Of a stretch of DNA of 52,105 bases, positions 29,267 through 39,451 are shown piece by piece. The translations under genes and the position numbers were made by a program. Within the stretch, counting starts at the first letter, position 1, and the number at the start of each line of letters is the position of its first letter. Below the pieces are notes generated by a model. The model searched no databases, had not been told where the DNA came from, and worked only from the letters and a program-made list of their open reading frames with translations. Origin of the DNA: an uncultured beta proteobacterium (lineage in GTDB: Bacteria > Pseudomonadota > Gammaproteobacteria > Burkholderiales > Burkholderiaceae_C); NCBI GenBank assembly GCA_903845345.1, contig CAIMXF010000018.1:1-52105 (forward strand), written 5' to 3'.

Positions 29267-31596
29267 TGCAGCAACTCCTTCGGATTGAGCACCATCAGCA
29301 CACCGCCGTCGCCCATCAACGCCGTGCCGGCGAAGCCGATCAGGCCTGCCAGGACGCCTTCGAGCGGCTTGAGGATGATGTCGCTGGCGCCCTGGAACTG
29401 ATCGACCAGCAGCCCGATGCTCTCGTTGTCGTGGCGGATGACCAGCACGGCCAGTTCGCCCGCGTCGTTCGGAATCGGCGCTGCGTCCAGCGCGAGCAGA
29501 TCGTTCAAGGCGCGCAGCGGCACGACGCGTCCGCGCAAGACCGTGGTGCGCGCCTGCTTGAAGTGGTGGATGTCGCACGCGGGAACGCGCACGGTCTCGA
29601 CGATCAGGTCCATCGGCACGCCCAGGCGCCGCCCGGCGCTCTCGACCACCATCACGGTCGTGACCGCCATCGACAGAGGCAGCGACAGGCGAAGCGTCGT
29701 GCCCTGGCCCTGCACGCTGCTCAGCTCGACACCGCCGTTGATGCGCTCGATCGCGGTGCGCACGACATCCATGCCGACGCCGCGCCCGGACAGGTCGGAA
29801 ATCTGGTCGGCCGTGGAGAAGCCGGGCAGGAAGATCAGCTGCACCGCGTCGTCGTCGGAAAGCGTGGCGGCCTGGTCGGCGTGGATGAGCCCTCGCTCCA
29901 CGGCCTTGTCGCGCACCCGCGCGGCGTTCACGCCGGCGCCGTCGTCCTGGATCTCGATGATGACGCGGTCGCTCTCCTGGCGCGCCACGATGCGGATGGT
30001 CCCGGCGGGCGGCTTGCCCGCGGCGCGGCGCACCTCCGGCAGCTCGATGCCGTGGTCCAGGCTGTTGCGCAGGATGTGGATCAGCGGATCCGCCAGCGAC
30101 TCGATCACGTTCTTGTCCGCCTCGGTGTCCTCGCCCTCGACGACCAGGTTGACTTCCTTGCCGAGCTTGCGGGAGATGTCTCGGATCAGGCGGCCGAAGC
30201 GCTGGAAGACGGCGCCGACCGGCAGCATGCGCACCTGCATGATGGCGTGCTGCAGGTCGTCGGCGATACGATTGATGACCGCGTACTGGGCCTTGATCTC
30301 GCGCGCCAGCTCGCGTTGCTGGAACACCTCCTCGGCACGCTGCGCCAGATAGGGCAGGCTGTTCTTGGCGACCACCATCTCCCCGATCAGCTCCATCAGG
30401 CGGTCGATCTTTTCCTGGCCGACCTTGAGCACCTTCTGGGGCGCAGCGGAGGCGCCGTCCTCGATGCGAGGCAGCACCGCGCCGCCGTCGCTGTCGGGAT
30501 TCATGGCGTCCGGCGCCGGGAGCGCCACGACGACGGCCTCGGCCGCCGGCGCGTTGGATCGGGCCCAGGCGAGCAGGGACGACGCCGAGACCTCCCCGGA
30601 CAATTCCGCCAGGCTGGCGCTCGCCGCCGAGGCCACCGCGCCTTCGAGGCAGGCGAGCAGGTGTGTCAACGCGCGTCGGGCTGCATGCACCGTTCCGGCG
30701 GAATGGCCGGCGCGCGCAAGCAGATCGCACTGGTCGCTCCAGAGCCCGGCGGCGCGTTTGCGCAGCAGCGGCGAGACAACCCCGTCGCTCGCAGGCGCAG
30801 CGGCGCGGGCGTTCACCGTCGCATCGCACCACGCCACCTGCTCGGCCACGCAGCGAAAATGCGCTTCCACCTCGGCGCGCGGCGCATCCGTGCACAGCAC
30901 GATGTCCAGGTTGCACTGGTAGCAGTCCCACGCGGCCCGTTCGTCGCCCTGCGGCCACGCGCCGGCGCCTTCGACCTTCAATTGCAGCAGCCCGGGAACC
31001 GTGCGAGCCAGCCGCCACGGGTCCTCGCCCTTGAAGAAGCAGCCTTGTTCGGGCAGGTAGCGCAGGGCCAGCACGCCTGGCTTCGACGCGAACGCCGCCA
31101 GGTCCAGGCGGCTCGTCCACGATGGCGTCGCGTCCTCGATGGATGCCAGCTCTGCCGCCACTGCAGGAACCGCGGCTGAAGTCGCCTCCGACGACGCCGC
31201 AGCGCTGCCACAGACGAACGCCCGCAGCGCGCCCGCGTGCGCGATCGAGCGCGCGTCGGCACCGTCCTCGATGCGGCCATGCCGCTCGATCTGGTCGATC
31301 AGTTGCGCGCTGTAGTCCATCGCCTCGAGCAGTGCGTCGGCCAGCACCGCGCTGTAGGCCAGCGTGCGATGGCGCACCCGGTCGAGCAGGTCTTCGCCGG
31401 CGTGCACGACGCGCTCGAGCGGCTTGAACTCGAACAACCCGCAGTTGCCCTTGAGCGTGTGCACCGAACGGAACAGGTCGTTGAGCAATTCATCGTTGTC
31501 GGGATCCTGTTCGACGTCGAGCAATCGCTTGCCGATGGTCTCGAGGCATTCCCTGGCCTCGATGACGAACTGATCGAGCAGGTCGGCCTGGTTCAT
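29263..31596 (-). CDS. cheA: Chemotaxis histidine kinase CheA
   Basis: HPt LFRSVHTLKG, dimerisation IDRLMELIGEMV, HILRNSLDHGIE, DDGAG, GFSTA, SGRGVGMDVV, C-terminal CheW domain. Confidence 0.96.
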   Translation of the reverse strand: MNQADLLDQFVIEARECLETIGKRLLDVEQDPDNDELLNDLFRSVHTLKGNCGLFEFKPLERVVHAGEDLLDRVRHRTLAYSAVLADALLEAMDYSAQLIDQIERHGRIEDGADARSIAHAGALRAFVCGSAAASSEATSAAVPAVAAELASIEDATPSWTSRLDLAAFASKPGVLALRYLPEQGCFFKGEDPWRLARTVPGLLQLKVEGAGAWPQGDERAAWDCYQCNLDIVLCTDAPRAEVEAHFRCVAEQVAWCDATVNARAAAPASDGVVSPLLRKRAAGLWSDQCDLLARAGHSAGTVHAARRALTHLLACLEGAVASAASASLAELSGEVSASSLLAWARSNAPAAEAVVVALPAPDAMNPDSDGGAVLPRIEDGASAAPQKVLKVGQEKIDRLMELIGEMVVAKNSLPYLAQRAEEVFQQRELAREIKAQYAVINRIADDLQHAIMQVRMLPVGAVFQRFGRLIRDISRKLGKEVNLVVEGEDTEADKNVIESLADPLIHILRNSLDHGIELPEVRRAAGKPPAGTIRIVARQESDRVIIEIQDDGAGVNAARVRDKAVERGLIHADQAATLSDDDAVQLIFLPGFSTADQISDLSGRGVGMDVVRTAIERINGGVELSSVQGQGTTLRLSLPLSMAVTTVMVVESAGRRLGVPMDLIVETVRVPACDIHHFKQARTTVLRGRVVPLRALNDLLALDAAPIPNDAGELAVLVIRHDNESIGLLVDQFQGASDIILKPLEGVLAGLIGFAGTALMGDGGVLMVLNPKELLQ

Positions 31597-32015
31597 GTCC
31601 TGACTCCTTGGGTGGCGGCCCGGGCGGCCTGCCGATCGCCGAGCAGCAAGGCGGCGCTCAGCACGAGGTCGAGCGGCTGCGCCGGCTTGACGAGATAGGC
31701 ATTGGCACCGGCGTCGAGTGCCGCATCGACATCCTGGCGTTGCGCCTCGGTCGACACCATCACCACCGGCGCCTGGTGGCGCGGCTCGAGCCGGCGCAGC
31801 TCGCGCACGAAGCTGTAGCCGTCCATGCGCGGCATGTTGACGTCGACCACGTAGAGATCGAACGCTTCGTCGCCCTCCTGCGAGTGAATCCGTTCCAGCG
31901 CCTCGACCCCGTTCAGGGCTTCCTCGGCATGCCAGCCTGCATCGCCCAGCAGCTTGCGGTGGTACATCCGCACGGTGGCGGCATCGTCGACGACGAGAAT
32001 CCGGTACATGTTCAT
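31593..32015 (-). CDS. cheY: Response regulator (CheY-like)
   Basis: C-terminal part of ORF 31593..33029: MNMYRILVVDD, VVDVNMPRMDG, VSTEA, YLVKP; overlaps the cheR stop and the cheA start. Confidence 0.88.
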   Translation of the reverse strand: MNMYRILVVDDAATVRMYHRKLLGDAGWHAEEALNGVEALERIHSQEGDEAFDLYVVDVNMPRMDGYSFVRELRRLEPRHQAPVVMVSTEAQRQDVDAALDAGANAYLVKPAQPLDLVLSAALLLGDRQAARAATQGVRT

Positions 32016-32893
32016 GCCTCCAGGGGCTTCTGGTAGACCATGGCGTCCGGAAACCGGCGCACGGTGTAGAGGGACGACATCCGACTCATCGATTCCGAAT
32101 GGCCCAGGCAGATGAAACCGCCCGGACTCATGGCATCGAACATCGCTTCGGCCGCGACGCGTCGCGACAGGTCGTCGAAATAGATCAGCAGGTTGCGACA
32201 GAAGATCACGTCGATGTCGCGAAAGCGTCGCGTGTCGGCCGGCTCGGAAAGGTTGACGCGGCTGAACTCCACCGAATCGACCAGGTCGCGCGAGATGCGC
32301 CACTCGTTGTCGCCGTTCTGCGTGAAGTACTTCTTCAGGGTCTGCGGCGGCAGGTTGCCCACGGAGCGCTGCGAGTAGATGCCCCGCTGCGCCGCCTTGA
32401 GCACGCTGGTGTCGATGTCCGAGGACAGGATCTCGACGTCGTACTTGTCGATCTTCGCCCAGCGATCCAGCAGGTAGATCGCGATCGAATACGGCTCTTC
32501 GCCGGTGGACGACGGGATCGACCAGATGCGGATGCGCGAGCCCGGTCGCTTGCGCGCCGCCACCTCGTCGAGCATGTTGTTGACCAGGCAGTCGAACTGG
32601 TAGGACTCGCGGAAGAAGTAGGTCTCGTTGACCGTCATGATGTTGACGAGCTGCTGCAGCTCGGCGCCATCGGTCTCGAAGCGCAGGGCCACGAACCACG
32701 CGCGAAAGGTCTCCGCGCCGGTACTCTCGATGCGTTCCACGAGCCGCTTGTCGACGAAGTAGCGCTTGGAATCGTCGAAGTGGATGCCCGTCTTGCGGTA
32801 GAAGAATTCCGCGAACTTGCGGAAATCGGCGTCGGTGATGACCGGGGGCAAGGCGACGATGCCGGGCTTCGCGGCGAGGCTGGCCGTCTTCAT
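32012..32893 (-). CDS. cheR: Chemotaxis methyltransferase CheR
   Basis: TVNETYFFRE, RIWSIPSSTGEEPYSIA, SSDID, DVIFCRNLLIYFD, LGHSES. Confidence 0.95.
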   Translation of the reverse strand: MKTASLAAKPGIVALPPVITDADFRKFAEFFYRKTGIHFDDSKRYFVDKRLVERIESTGAETFRAWFVALRFETDGAELQQLVNIMTVNETYFFRESYQFDCLVNNMLDEVAARKRPGSRIRIWSIPSSTGEEPYSIAIYLLDRWAKIDKYDVEILSSDIDTSVLKAAQRGIYSQRSVGNLPPQTLKKYFTQNGDNEWRISRDLVDSVEFSRVNLSEPADTRRFRDIDVIFCRNLLIYFDDLSRRVAAEAMFDAMSPGGFICLGHSESMSRMSSLYTVRRFPDAMVYQKPLEA

Positions 32894-33516
32894 GGCGTGC
32901 CGATCCGTTCGATGGCGACATCGACCGCGAAGCCGATGAACGCGTCATCGGGAAACCGCCGCGCCGCCGCACGCAACGCCGGCAGCGAGGCGGCCGTCCC
33001 CACTTCGGCGAGCACCTCGAGAGCCGCACCCACCACGTTGACGGCGACGTCGTTCATCAGCACGCGCTCCAGCCACGCCACGATGCGCAAGTGGCGCAGG
33101 TCGCCCAGCAGGTTGACGGCGAAGATGCGCACGTCGCTGTCGCGATCGCGCAGCAGCGCTTCGACGTGCGGCGCCACGGCCTCCGGCAAGCCGGACAGGA
33201 CCTCGATCGCGCCATTGCGCAATTCCGGCTCCTCGCTGCGAAGCAAGGGCAGCATCGCCGTGACGGCGTCGTCGCCGCCGAGCCGGGCAAGCGTGCTGAA
33301 CAGGGCCGATCGCACGCTGTGATCGGTCTCGACGGCAAGCCGTGCCCCGAGGGCGGCGGCGGCGGCGGGATGGGCTGCCAGGTCGCGCACCGCCCATCGG
33401 CGCACGGCGGCCTCGACGTCGCCCATCTGCGCGATCAGCCCGGGCAGGTCGCGCGTGTAGTCGCGCGTCGCCAACGGATGCCGCGCGGAGGCGTCTGTCT
33501 GCTTCTTGAGTCCCAT
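32890..33516 (-). CDS. HEAT-repeat protein
   Basis: Repeated units AAVRRWAVRDL, HSVRSALFSTL, PELRNGAIEVL, DSDVRIFAVNLL; lies between cheB and cheR. Confidence 0.85.
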   Translation of the reverse strand: MGLKKQTDASARHPLATRDYTRDLPGLIAQMGDVEAAVRRWAVRDLAAHPAAAAALGARLAVETDHSVRSALFSTLARLGGDDAVTAMLPLLRSEEPELRNGAIEVLSGLPEAVAPHVEALLRDRDSDVRIFAVNLLGDLRHLRIVAWLERVLMNDVAVNVVGAALEVLAEVGTAASLPALRAAARRFPDDAFIGFAVDVAIERIGTP

Positions 33517-33550
33517 CGCGAATTCCCTCGAATGTGTGACCGGGCCGCAG

Positions 33551-34639
33551 TCATTGCAGCCAGTGGCGTAGCTGCGCGGCGATGGCCGTGCAGGGCAGGA
33601 CGAGCGTGGCGCCGCGGCGCTCGATGAGTTCGTTGGGCATGCCGAACACGACGGCGGTATCTGCCGACTCGGCGATCGTCCTGCCTCCGGCCGCGCGCAG
33701 GCGCGCCATCGCCTCGGCGCCGTCGTCGCCCATGCCGGTCAGCATCACGCCGACCAGTCGTTCGGGCGGCACGTGGTGCATGGCGCTGTCGACCATCACC
33801 TCGACCGACGGATGCCAGAGCACCGTGGGCGTCTCCGGCCGGGGCGCGACGTGCAGGACGCCCACGCGTGCGGTGACCGTGATGTCGGTGCCGCCGCGTC
33901 CGATGTAGACCTTGCCCGGCACGATGGCCATGGCGGAGGCCACTTCCACCACGTCGAGCGCGCAGAGGCTGTCCATGCGCCGGGCGAACGTGTCGGTGAA
34001 GTTGGCCGGCATGTGCTGAGCCACCAGGATCGGCCACGCGAAGTCGGCCGGCAGACGGGGCAGGATGTCTTCCAGCGTGCGCGGGCCGCCGGTCGACACG
34101 CCGATCATCACGAGGCCCGGCAACGGGCTCCTGGCACGCACCGGAGCCGTCGTGCTCGGGACGACCGGGCGCGGCGTCGGCGCCGTCGCCAGCGGCGTCG
34201 ACACGGGTACGGCCGCCCTTGCGTTCGGCCGCCGGCCCAGGCGTGCCCGCGACGCCGCGCGCACCTTGTCGAGCAGCACCGCCTTGATGTCGTCCACGTG
34301 CAGCGAGATCGTGCCGCCCGGCTTGGGAATGAAGTCGACGGCGCCGAGCGCGAGCGCCTCGAACGTGGCCAGTGCGCCCTTTTCCGTCAGCGACGACACC
34401 ATCACCACCGGCGTCGGGCGCGCCGACATGATCAGCGAGAGCGCCGTGAGTCCGTCCATCTCGGGCATGTTGATGTCGAGCGTCACCACGTCGGGCTGCC
34501 ACTGCACGACCATGTCGACGCCCTCGGCGCCGTTGCGCGCGCTGCGCACGTCGTAGCCGGCCTCGACGAGCACGCCCGTCAGCAACTTGCGCATCAGCGC
34601 CGAGTCGTCCACCACCAGGATCTTCTTCATGTCGGTCAT
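33551..34639 (-). CDS. cheB: Chemotaxis methylesterase CheB (REC-esterase)
   Basis: REC VTLDINMPEMDG; catalytic GVSTGGP, QHMP, TGMGDDGA. Confidence 0.96.
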   Translation of the reverse strand: MTDMKKILVVDDSALMRKLLTGVLVEAGYDVRSARNGAEGVDMVVQWQPDVVTLDINMPEMDGLTALSLIMSARPTPVVMVSSLTEKGALATFEALALGAVDFIPKPGGTISLHVDDIKAVLLDKVRAASRARLGRRPNARAAVPVSTPLATAPTPRPVVPSTTAPVRARSPLPGLVMIGVSTGGPRTLEDILPRLPADFAWPILVAQHMPANFTDTFARRMDSLCALDVVEVASAMAIVPGKVYIGRGGTDITVTARVGVLHVAPRPETPTVLWHPSVEVMVDSAMHHVPPERLVGVMLTGMGDDGAEAMARLRAAGGRTIAESADTAVVFGMPNELIERRGATLVLPCTAIAAQLRHWLQ

Positions 34640-34653
34640 CCGCCGCTCGACGC

Positions 34654-36351
34654 TCAGGCCGCGCCGACCGCGACGCGCCGTACGCTCGCGTCCGACGGCG
34701 GCGCGCCGATCTGTCCGACGGCCTGGATCTCGGGCCCCTGCAACAGATGCGCCGGATCGATCAGCATCACCAGGCGCTTGTCGCCCTCGAGGTTGGCGAC
34801 ACGGCTGATCAGGCGACCCTGCTCCTCGGACATCATCGGCGCCGGCACGATGCGCCCGCGCGGGATGCGCAGGACCTCGGCGACCGAATCGACGATGAAG
34901 CCCGTGCGCAAGCCGCCCAGCAGATAGACCATGATGCGCTGGCGGTCGTTGCGTGCCATGGGCGGCAGGCCGAGCCGGCCGCGCTGGTCGATCACCGGCA
35001 GCACCGTCCCCCGCAGGTTGATCACGCCTTCCACGAAGCTCGGCGTGCGCGGAACGCGCGTCAGCGTCTCCGGCACGCGCACGATCTCCTGCACGCTCAT
35101 GATGGGCACGCCGAATTCCTCGGCGCCCAGGCGAAAGATCACGACCTGGACGTCGTCGTCGGGCGTGCCGCCGGCCTCGTCCACTTCACCATTCGGGTTC
35201 ATGTCCATGTCTCGGTTCTCCTGCGCGGCGTGGTCGATGCGGGCGTGCCTGGCCGCGTCCAGGGCCTGGCCGATGGCGGGCAGTCGCAGCAGCTTGTCCA
35301 CGGCGAGGATGGACACCAGGCGCTTGCCGCCGTCGAGGCGGCAGATGGAAGAAATTTCCTGCAGTTGCTCCTCGCCGGCGAGCATGCCGGGCATCGCATC
35401 GGCCTGCGAACGCGGCACGCCCAGCACTTCCTTGACGGAATCGGTGACGAGCCCGACGTCGAGGCCCCCTGGCAGTGACGTGACGACGATGCGTTGCTGT
35501 TCCGAATGCGCCTGCGGCGGCAATCCGAACAGGCTGCGCAGGCTGACCAGCGGCAGCAGGCGCTGGCGCAGCGAGATCACCCCCAGCACGTGTCCGGGCG
35601 AATGCGGCAACTCGTTGACGCAGGCCGGAAGCTGCACGATTTCCTGCACCTCGGCGATGTCGAGGGCGTATTCCTGGTCGGCGACGGTGAACGACACCAG
35701 GCGCAACTCGTCGACGCGAACATCCTCGACGTCCTGCGTCGCGTCGTTCGCCGTCCGCCTGGCCGCACCCCCTTGCGCGTCCTTCTGGCGGGCACCGATC
35801 GCGCTGAGCTGGCCTTCGACAAGCCGCTCGAAGTCGATCGACAGCAACATGTCGTGACCGCCGTCGGCGCGCGGGCGCCGGATCACGCCCTTGAGATAAT
35901 CGACGGCGACGATGGTCTGGATCGCGTCGGCCGGCTCGATCTCGCCGGGCTCGATCGTGACCACGCTGGCCACGCGATCGACCACGAAGCCGAGCGGCTG
36001 GCCGATGTGGATGACGAGCGCGCGCGTCGCATCGTCGCTGGCACGGTCGGCGCAGCCCAACAGTCGCCGCAGGTTGACGATCGGCAGCACGCGCCCGCGC
36101 AGGTTGGCCAGGCCGTCCAGCGCGCGCGGGGCCAGCGGCAGGCTGGCCACCTCCGGCAGGCGGATGATCTCCTGGACCGGCGCGATGGGAACCGCGAACA
36201 TCTCGCCCGCGATGGCGAACGTGACGTATTGATTGGCGGTGCCAGCAACGGCCTCGTCGACGCCGACGTCGTCGGCGTCCAGCGACGTCCGAGGGCCCGC
36301 TCCGCTGTCGTCCGCAGCACGGGTTTCACGCTCGAGCAAAGCTGTGCTCAT
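34654..36351 (-). CDS. cheW: Triple-domain CheW scaffold protein
   Basis: Three CheW repeats starting QYVTFAIAGEMFAV, RLVSFTVADQEYAL and QVVIFRLGAEEFGV; GGAGG RBS. Confidence 0.92.
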   Translation of the reverse strand: MSTALLERETRAADDSGAGPRTSLDADDVGVDEAVAGTANQYVTFAIAGEMFAVPIAPVQEIIRLPEVASLPLAPRALDGLANLRGRVLPIVNLRRLLGCADRASDDATRALVIHIGQPLGFVVDRVASVVTIEPGEIEPADAIQTIVAVDYLKGVIRRPRADGGHDMLLSIDFERLVEGQLSAIGARQKDAQGGAARRTANDATQDVEDVRVDELRLVSFTVADQEYALDIAEVQEIVQLPACVNELPHSPGHVLGVISLRQRLLPLVSLRSLFGLPPQAHSEQQRIVVTSLPGGLDVGLVTDSVKEVLGVPRSQADAMPGMLAGEEQLQEISSICRLDGGKRLVSILAVDKLLRLPAIGQALDAARHARIDHAAQENRDMDMNPNGEVDEAGGTPDDDVQVVIFRLGAEEFGVPIMSVQEIVRVPETLTRVPRTPSFVEGVINLRGTVLPVIDQRGRLGLPPMARNDRQRIMVYLLGGLRTGFIVDSVAEVLRIPRGRIVPAPMMSEEQGRLISRVANLEGDKRLVMLIDPAHLLQGPEIQAVGQIGAPPSDASVRRVAVGAA

Positions 36352-36391
36352 GTCACACCTCCGATGATTGGGGAAGTTCGGGAGAGCGTGT

Positions 36392-38320
36392 TCAGGCGCT
36401 CTGCAGCTCGTCGGCGAGCGAGGCGATTTCCTCGATGGCGGCCGAGAGCTCTTCGGCGCCCTGCGATTGCTGGCGAGCGGCCGTGGCGGCCTGTTCGGCC
36501 GCCTTCTCGGCCTGCGTCGCCGCTGCAGAGACCTGTTCGACGCCGATCTTGACCTGGTTGACGGCCGTGGCGATCTCCTGTGCGGCCGCCACCGCGTCGG
36601 CGTTGCCCTTCTGGATCTCGGCCACGTCGCCTTCGATGCGATTCAGGCTCGACGTGATCGCCTTGGCCTTGTCGACCTCCGACAGCGCCGAGCCGACGAT
36701 CGCGCTCAGGTCGCGTCCCACCAGCCCGATCTGGTCCTGGATGGACTTGACCATGTCCTTGATCCGGTCGGCGTTCTCGGCCGAGTCGTGCGCCAGGTTG
36801 CGGATGTCCGTTGCGACCACCACGAAGCCCTTGCCGTACTCGCCGGCGCGCGCGGCCTCGATGCTGCCGTTGACGGCCAGCATGTTGGTCTGCACCGAGA
36901 CCTGGGCGATCGCGTCGACGATCTTGTCGATCTTGCGCGACACGAGTTCGAGGTCCTTGACCTGGCCGATGCTGGTCTGCGTGGACTGCACGTTGGTCGC
37001 GATGCCGGCGATCAGGCTGTCGATGTTCTTCTTGTTGTCGCCCATCAGCGCGCGGATGGACTCCGCACGTTCATTCCCCCTGGCCGCACGCGACTCCGCG
37101 ATCTGCGCACCCTGCTCGATCTGCGTCACCGCCGCGGCCGATTCCGCGCTGGCGGCGGCCTGGGTCTGCGCGCCCTTGCGGATCTCGTCGAGCGCGACCA
37201 TGATCTGCGCGGCCGAACGGTTGATCTCCTGGACGGCGCTCGACAGCTCCTCGGCGGCGCTCGCCACCTCCTCCGCGCTCTTGGCGATGTCCGTGGAGTT
37301 CTTCAGCTCGTCCGCGATCTCGGACAGGCCCAGCGCGGTCTGCTCGCACTGCGACAGCGCCGTGGTCTGCTCGGTCACGGTCTTGTTGGCCTCCTCGCAG
37401 GCCGACGATTGCTGGGTGGACGCCGCGGCGATCTGTTCGGCACCCTTGAGGGCCTGGTGCGCGGCGACGTTGCTTTGCGCGGCAGCGGCGGCGATGTCGC
37501 CCGCGCCGGCGGCGATGCCTGCCGCATCGGTGCGGATCTGCTCGAGCTGCTGCAGGATCACCGAGCTCTTGTCGACCTCCACGCGGACCGCATCGGCGCC
37601 CTGGTTGATGCCCTCCGCGATGATCTTGACTTCCTGCTGGATCTGGCCGACCAGGTCCTGGATCTGCTTGGCGCTCTTCTCCGAGGTCTCGGCCAGCGTC
37701 CGTACCTCGTCGGCCACGACCGCAAAGCCCTTGCCGTGCTTGCCCGCACGCGCCGCCTCGATGGCGGCATTCAGTGCAAGCAGATTCGTCTGGTCGGCAA
37801 TGCGTGCCACGGCCTTGACGATCTCGCCGATGTTGGCGGCCTGGCGTTCGAGCTCGGCCACCATCTTCACGGACTCCGCCTGCCGCTGTGCCGCCGTGGT
37901 GACGTTGCGCACGGTCGACTCGACCTGGGCGTTGATCTCTCCGGCCAGGGACTGCATGCCTTCGGCCATGCGCTGCGCCTGGGCGACCGCCGCCATCTGG
38001 CGCGAGATCGATGTCGACACCTGGGTGATGGCGGCGAGCGACTCCTGCGCGGCGCCAGAAGCCTCTTCGGCGCCGGTGGCGATCTGCGTCGCCGCGCGCT
38101 TGAGTTCTTCCGCAGCGGACGCCGCCTCGTTGATGCCGGCCGACAGTTCGCCGGACGCCGCCGCGACGCGCTCCGAGGCCTGCTGCTGCTTGGCGAGCGT
38201 GCGTGCGCGCTTGCGCTGCGCATCCGCGTCCTGCGCGACGCGCCGGGGAATGCCCGCCGCGACGGCCTGCAATGCGTGAGGGACTTCCTGGCTGGCCGAG
38301 GACTTGCGAAGGAGGGACAT
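36392..38320 (-). CDS. Cytoplasmic chemoreceptor with two signalling domains
   Basis: No TM or sensor domain; two tips, [31 protein letters not shown] and [31 protein letters not shown]. Start ATG 38320. Confidence 0.9.
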   Translation of the reverse strand: MSLLRKSSASQEVPHALQAVAAGIPRRVAQDADAQRKRARTLAKQQQASERVAAASGELSAGINEAASAAEELKRAATQIATGAEEASGAAQESLAAITQVSTSISRQMAAVAQAQRMAEGMQSLAGEINAQVESTVRNVTTAAQRQAESVKMVAELERQAANIGEIVKAVARIADQTNLLALNAAIEAARAGKHGKGFAVVADEVRTLAETSEKSAKQIQDLVGQIQQEVKIIAEGINQGADAVRVEVDKSSVILQQLEQIRTDAAGIAAGAGDIAAAAAQSNVAAHQALKGAEQIAAASTQQSSACEEANKTVTEQTTALSQCEQTALGLSEIADELKNSTDIAKSAEEVASAAEELSSAVQEINRSAAQIMVALDEIRKGAQTQAAASAESAAAVTQIEQGAQIAESRAARGNERAESIRALMGDNKKNIDSLIAGIATNVQSTQTSIGQVKDLELVSRKIDKIVDAIAQVSVQTNMLAVNGSIEAARAGEYGKGFVVVATDIRNLAHDSAENADRIKDMVKSIQDQIGLVGRDLSAIVGSALSEVDKAKAITSSLNRIEGDVAEIQKGNADAVAAAQEIATAVNQVKIGVEQVSAAATQAEKAAEQAATAARQQSQGAEELSAAIEEIASLADELQSA

Positions 38321-38548
38321 GCGAGCTTTCCGGAGAGGGCGTACGTCGGGCCGTGGCGCGCACTCCTGCACGCCCGCGGCGAATCCGGTCGCGTCGTCGG
38401 CGAGTTCCGGAAAGGCGTTGGTCACGGCGGGACGCCATGCGCTTTCAGTGGCTCGCCGGGTTCGACCGGGAAGCACGAATTTCAGCGCAACGCCGCTGCC
38501 TCCACTCGATGGACGAATGCTGGAAAGCTCTCCGGAGCTGGCGGCAAA

Positions 38549-39451
38549 CTACTTGAATCCGTGGCCGTCGCCGACGCCCTGGCGGGATGCACCGGGCGTG
38601 TCCCCCGGCGTCGGCCCGACGGGTGACCTGAACATTTCCAGATCGTCGACGTGCTCGTCCAGCCACGACGCGACGCTCTCGTCGGACTCCACGGGCAGCC
38701 CTTGCACGATGAGGAAGACCTTCCGCGCGGTCGCGTTCACCAGTCGCTGGAGGAAATCGACCAGCTGCTCCGCGGTGAGGACGTCGCCATAGATCTTCCA
38801 ACGCACCCTGCCCCGGTTGTTGGTCGCCGAAGTCAGGGAGTGCAGTGCATCCGCGTCGCGAACGATCAACGCGACCGGTTCGGGCGACGACGGGCGTCCC
38901 GCGACCGCGCATCCCCTGGGTCGCAGACGCTCCGTGTGAGCCCACTGGATCTCGCCGTCCTCGACCCTCGCGCGGGCGACGATCGCTGGGTAGTCCTGCG
39001 TCGACCATGCGGTTTCCAAAGGAGATGCCGCCCGGAGCATCCTTCTGGGGACGAAGCCCCACCGCGCGAGGTACGTTCCCAGCGTGCGGAGCGGCATCCG
39101 GATGCCGAAGCGTTGCTGCACCAGGCGCTGCACCGCCTCGCGCGTCCAGAGCGGACTGGGCATGGCGAGTTGATCGGGGGTGTGGTCGGTGATCAACCGG
39201 CGCAGGGCGGCCTCCTGGGACGGATCGAGAACACGACCTTCGCCAGTGCGCCGTCCGCACGCCTTGTCACGCAGGCCGGGCGCTCCCTTGGCCTCGTGGC
39301 GCTTGCAGATGTCGAACACCCCGGTGCGGCTCAAGCCGAGTTGTTCGGCGATGCCGTCGTACGTCCCGCCCGCCTTGCGCAGGCGGATGACTTCGACGCG
39401 GCGCGCCAGCCGTCCCGCCTGCGACAAGGATCGCATGTCGACCGCCTTCAT
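38549..39451 (-). CDS. IS630-family transposase-derived HTH protein with DDE residues lost
   Basis: Last 300 aa of ORF 38549..40795: HTH YDGIAEQLGLSRTGVFDI, TPDQL..LWTREAV..RFGIRMPLRTLGTYLARWGFVP. The WGDE-type motif reads WAHT, the LILDN-type motif reads LIVQG, and there is no YSPELNPxE. ATGA overlap with the upstream gene. Confidence 0.85.
   Translation of the reverse strand: MKAVDMRSLSQAGRLARRVEVIRLRKAGGTYDGIAEQLGLSRTGVFDICKRHEAKGAPGLRDKACGRRTGEGRVLDPSQEAALRRLITDHTPDQLAMPSPLWTREAVQRLVQQRFGIRMPLRTLGTYLARWGFVPRRMLRAASPLETAWSTQDYPAIVARARVEDGEIQWAHTERLRPRGCAVAGRPSSPEPVALIVRDADALHSLTSATNNRGRVRWKIYGDVLTAEQLVDFLQRLVNATARKVFLIVQGLPVESDESVASWLDEHVDDLEMFRSPVGPTPGDTPGASRQGVGDGHGFK

Noticed and set aside
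38421-38448. Sigma-28-like promoter (TGAA-N15-GCCGTGAC, minus strand) before the che operon
   Set aside because: Weak match, easily produced by chance in GC-rich DNA.
38549-39451. Active IS630 insertion sequence
   Set aside because: Catalytic residues are absent, no terminal inverted repeats were recognised, and the start is fused to the upstream gene.
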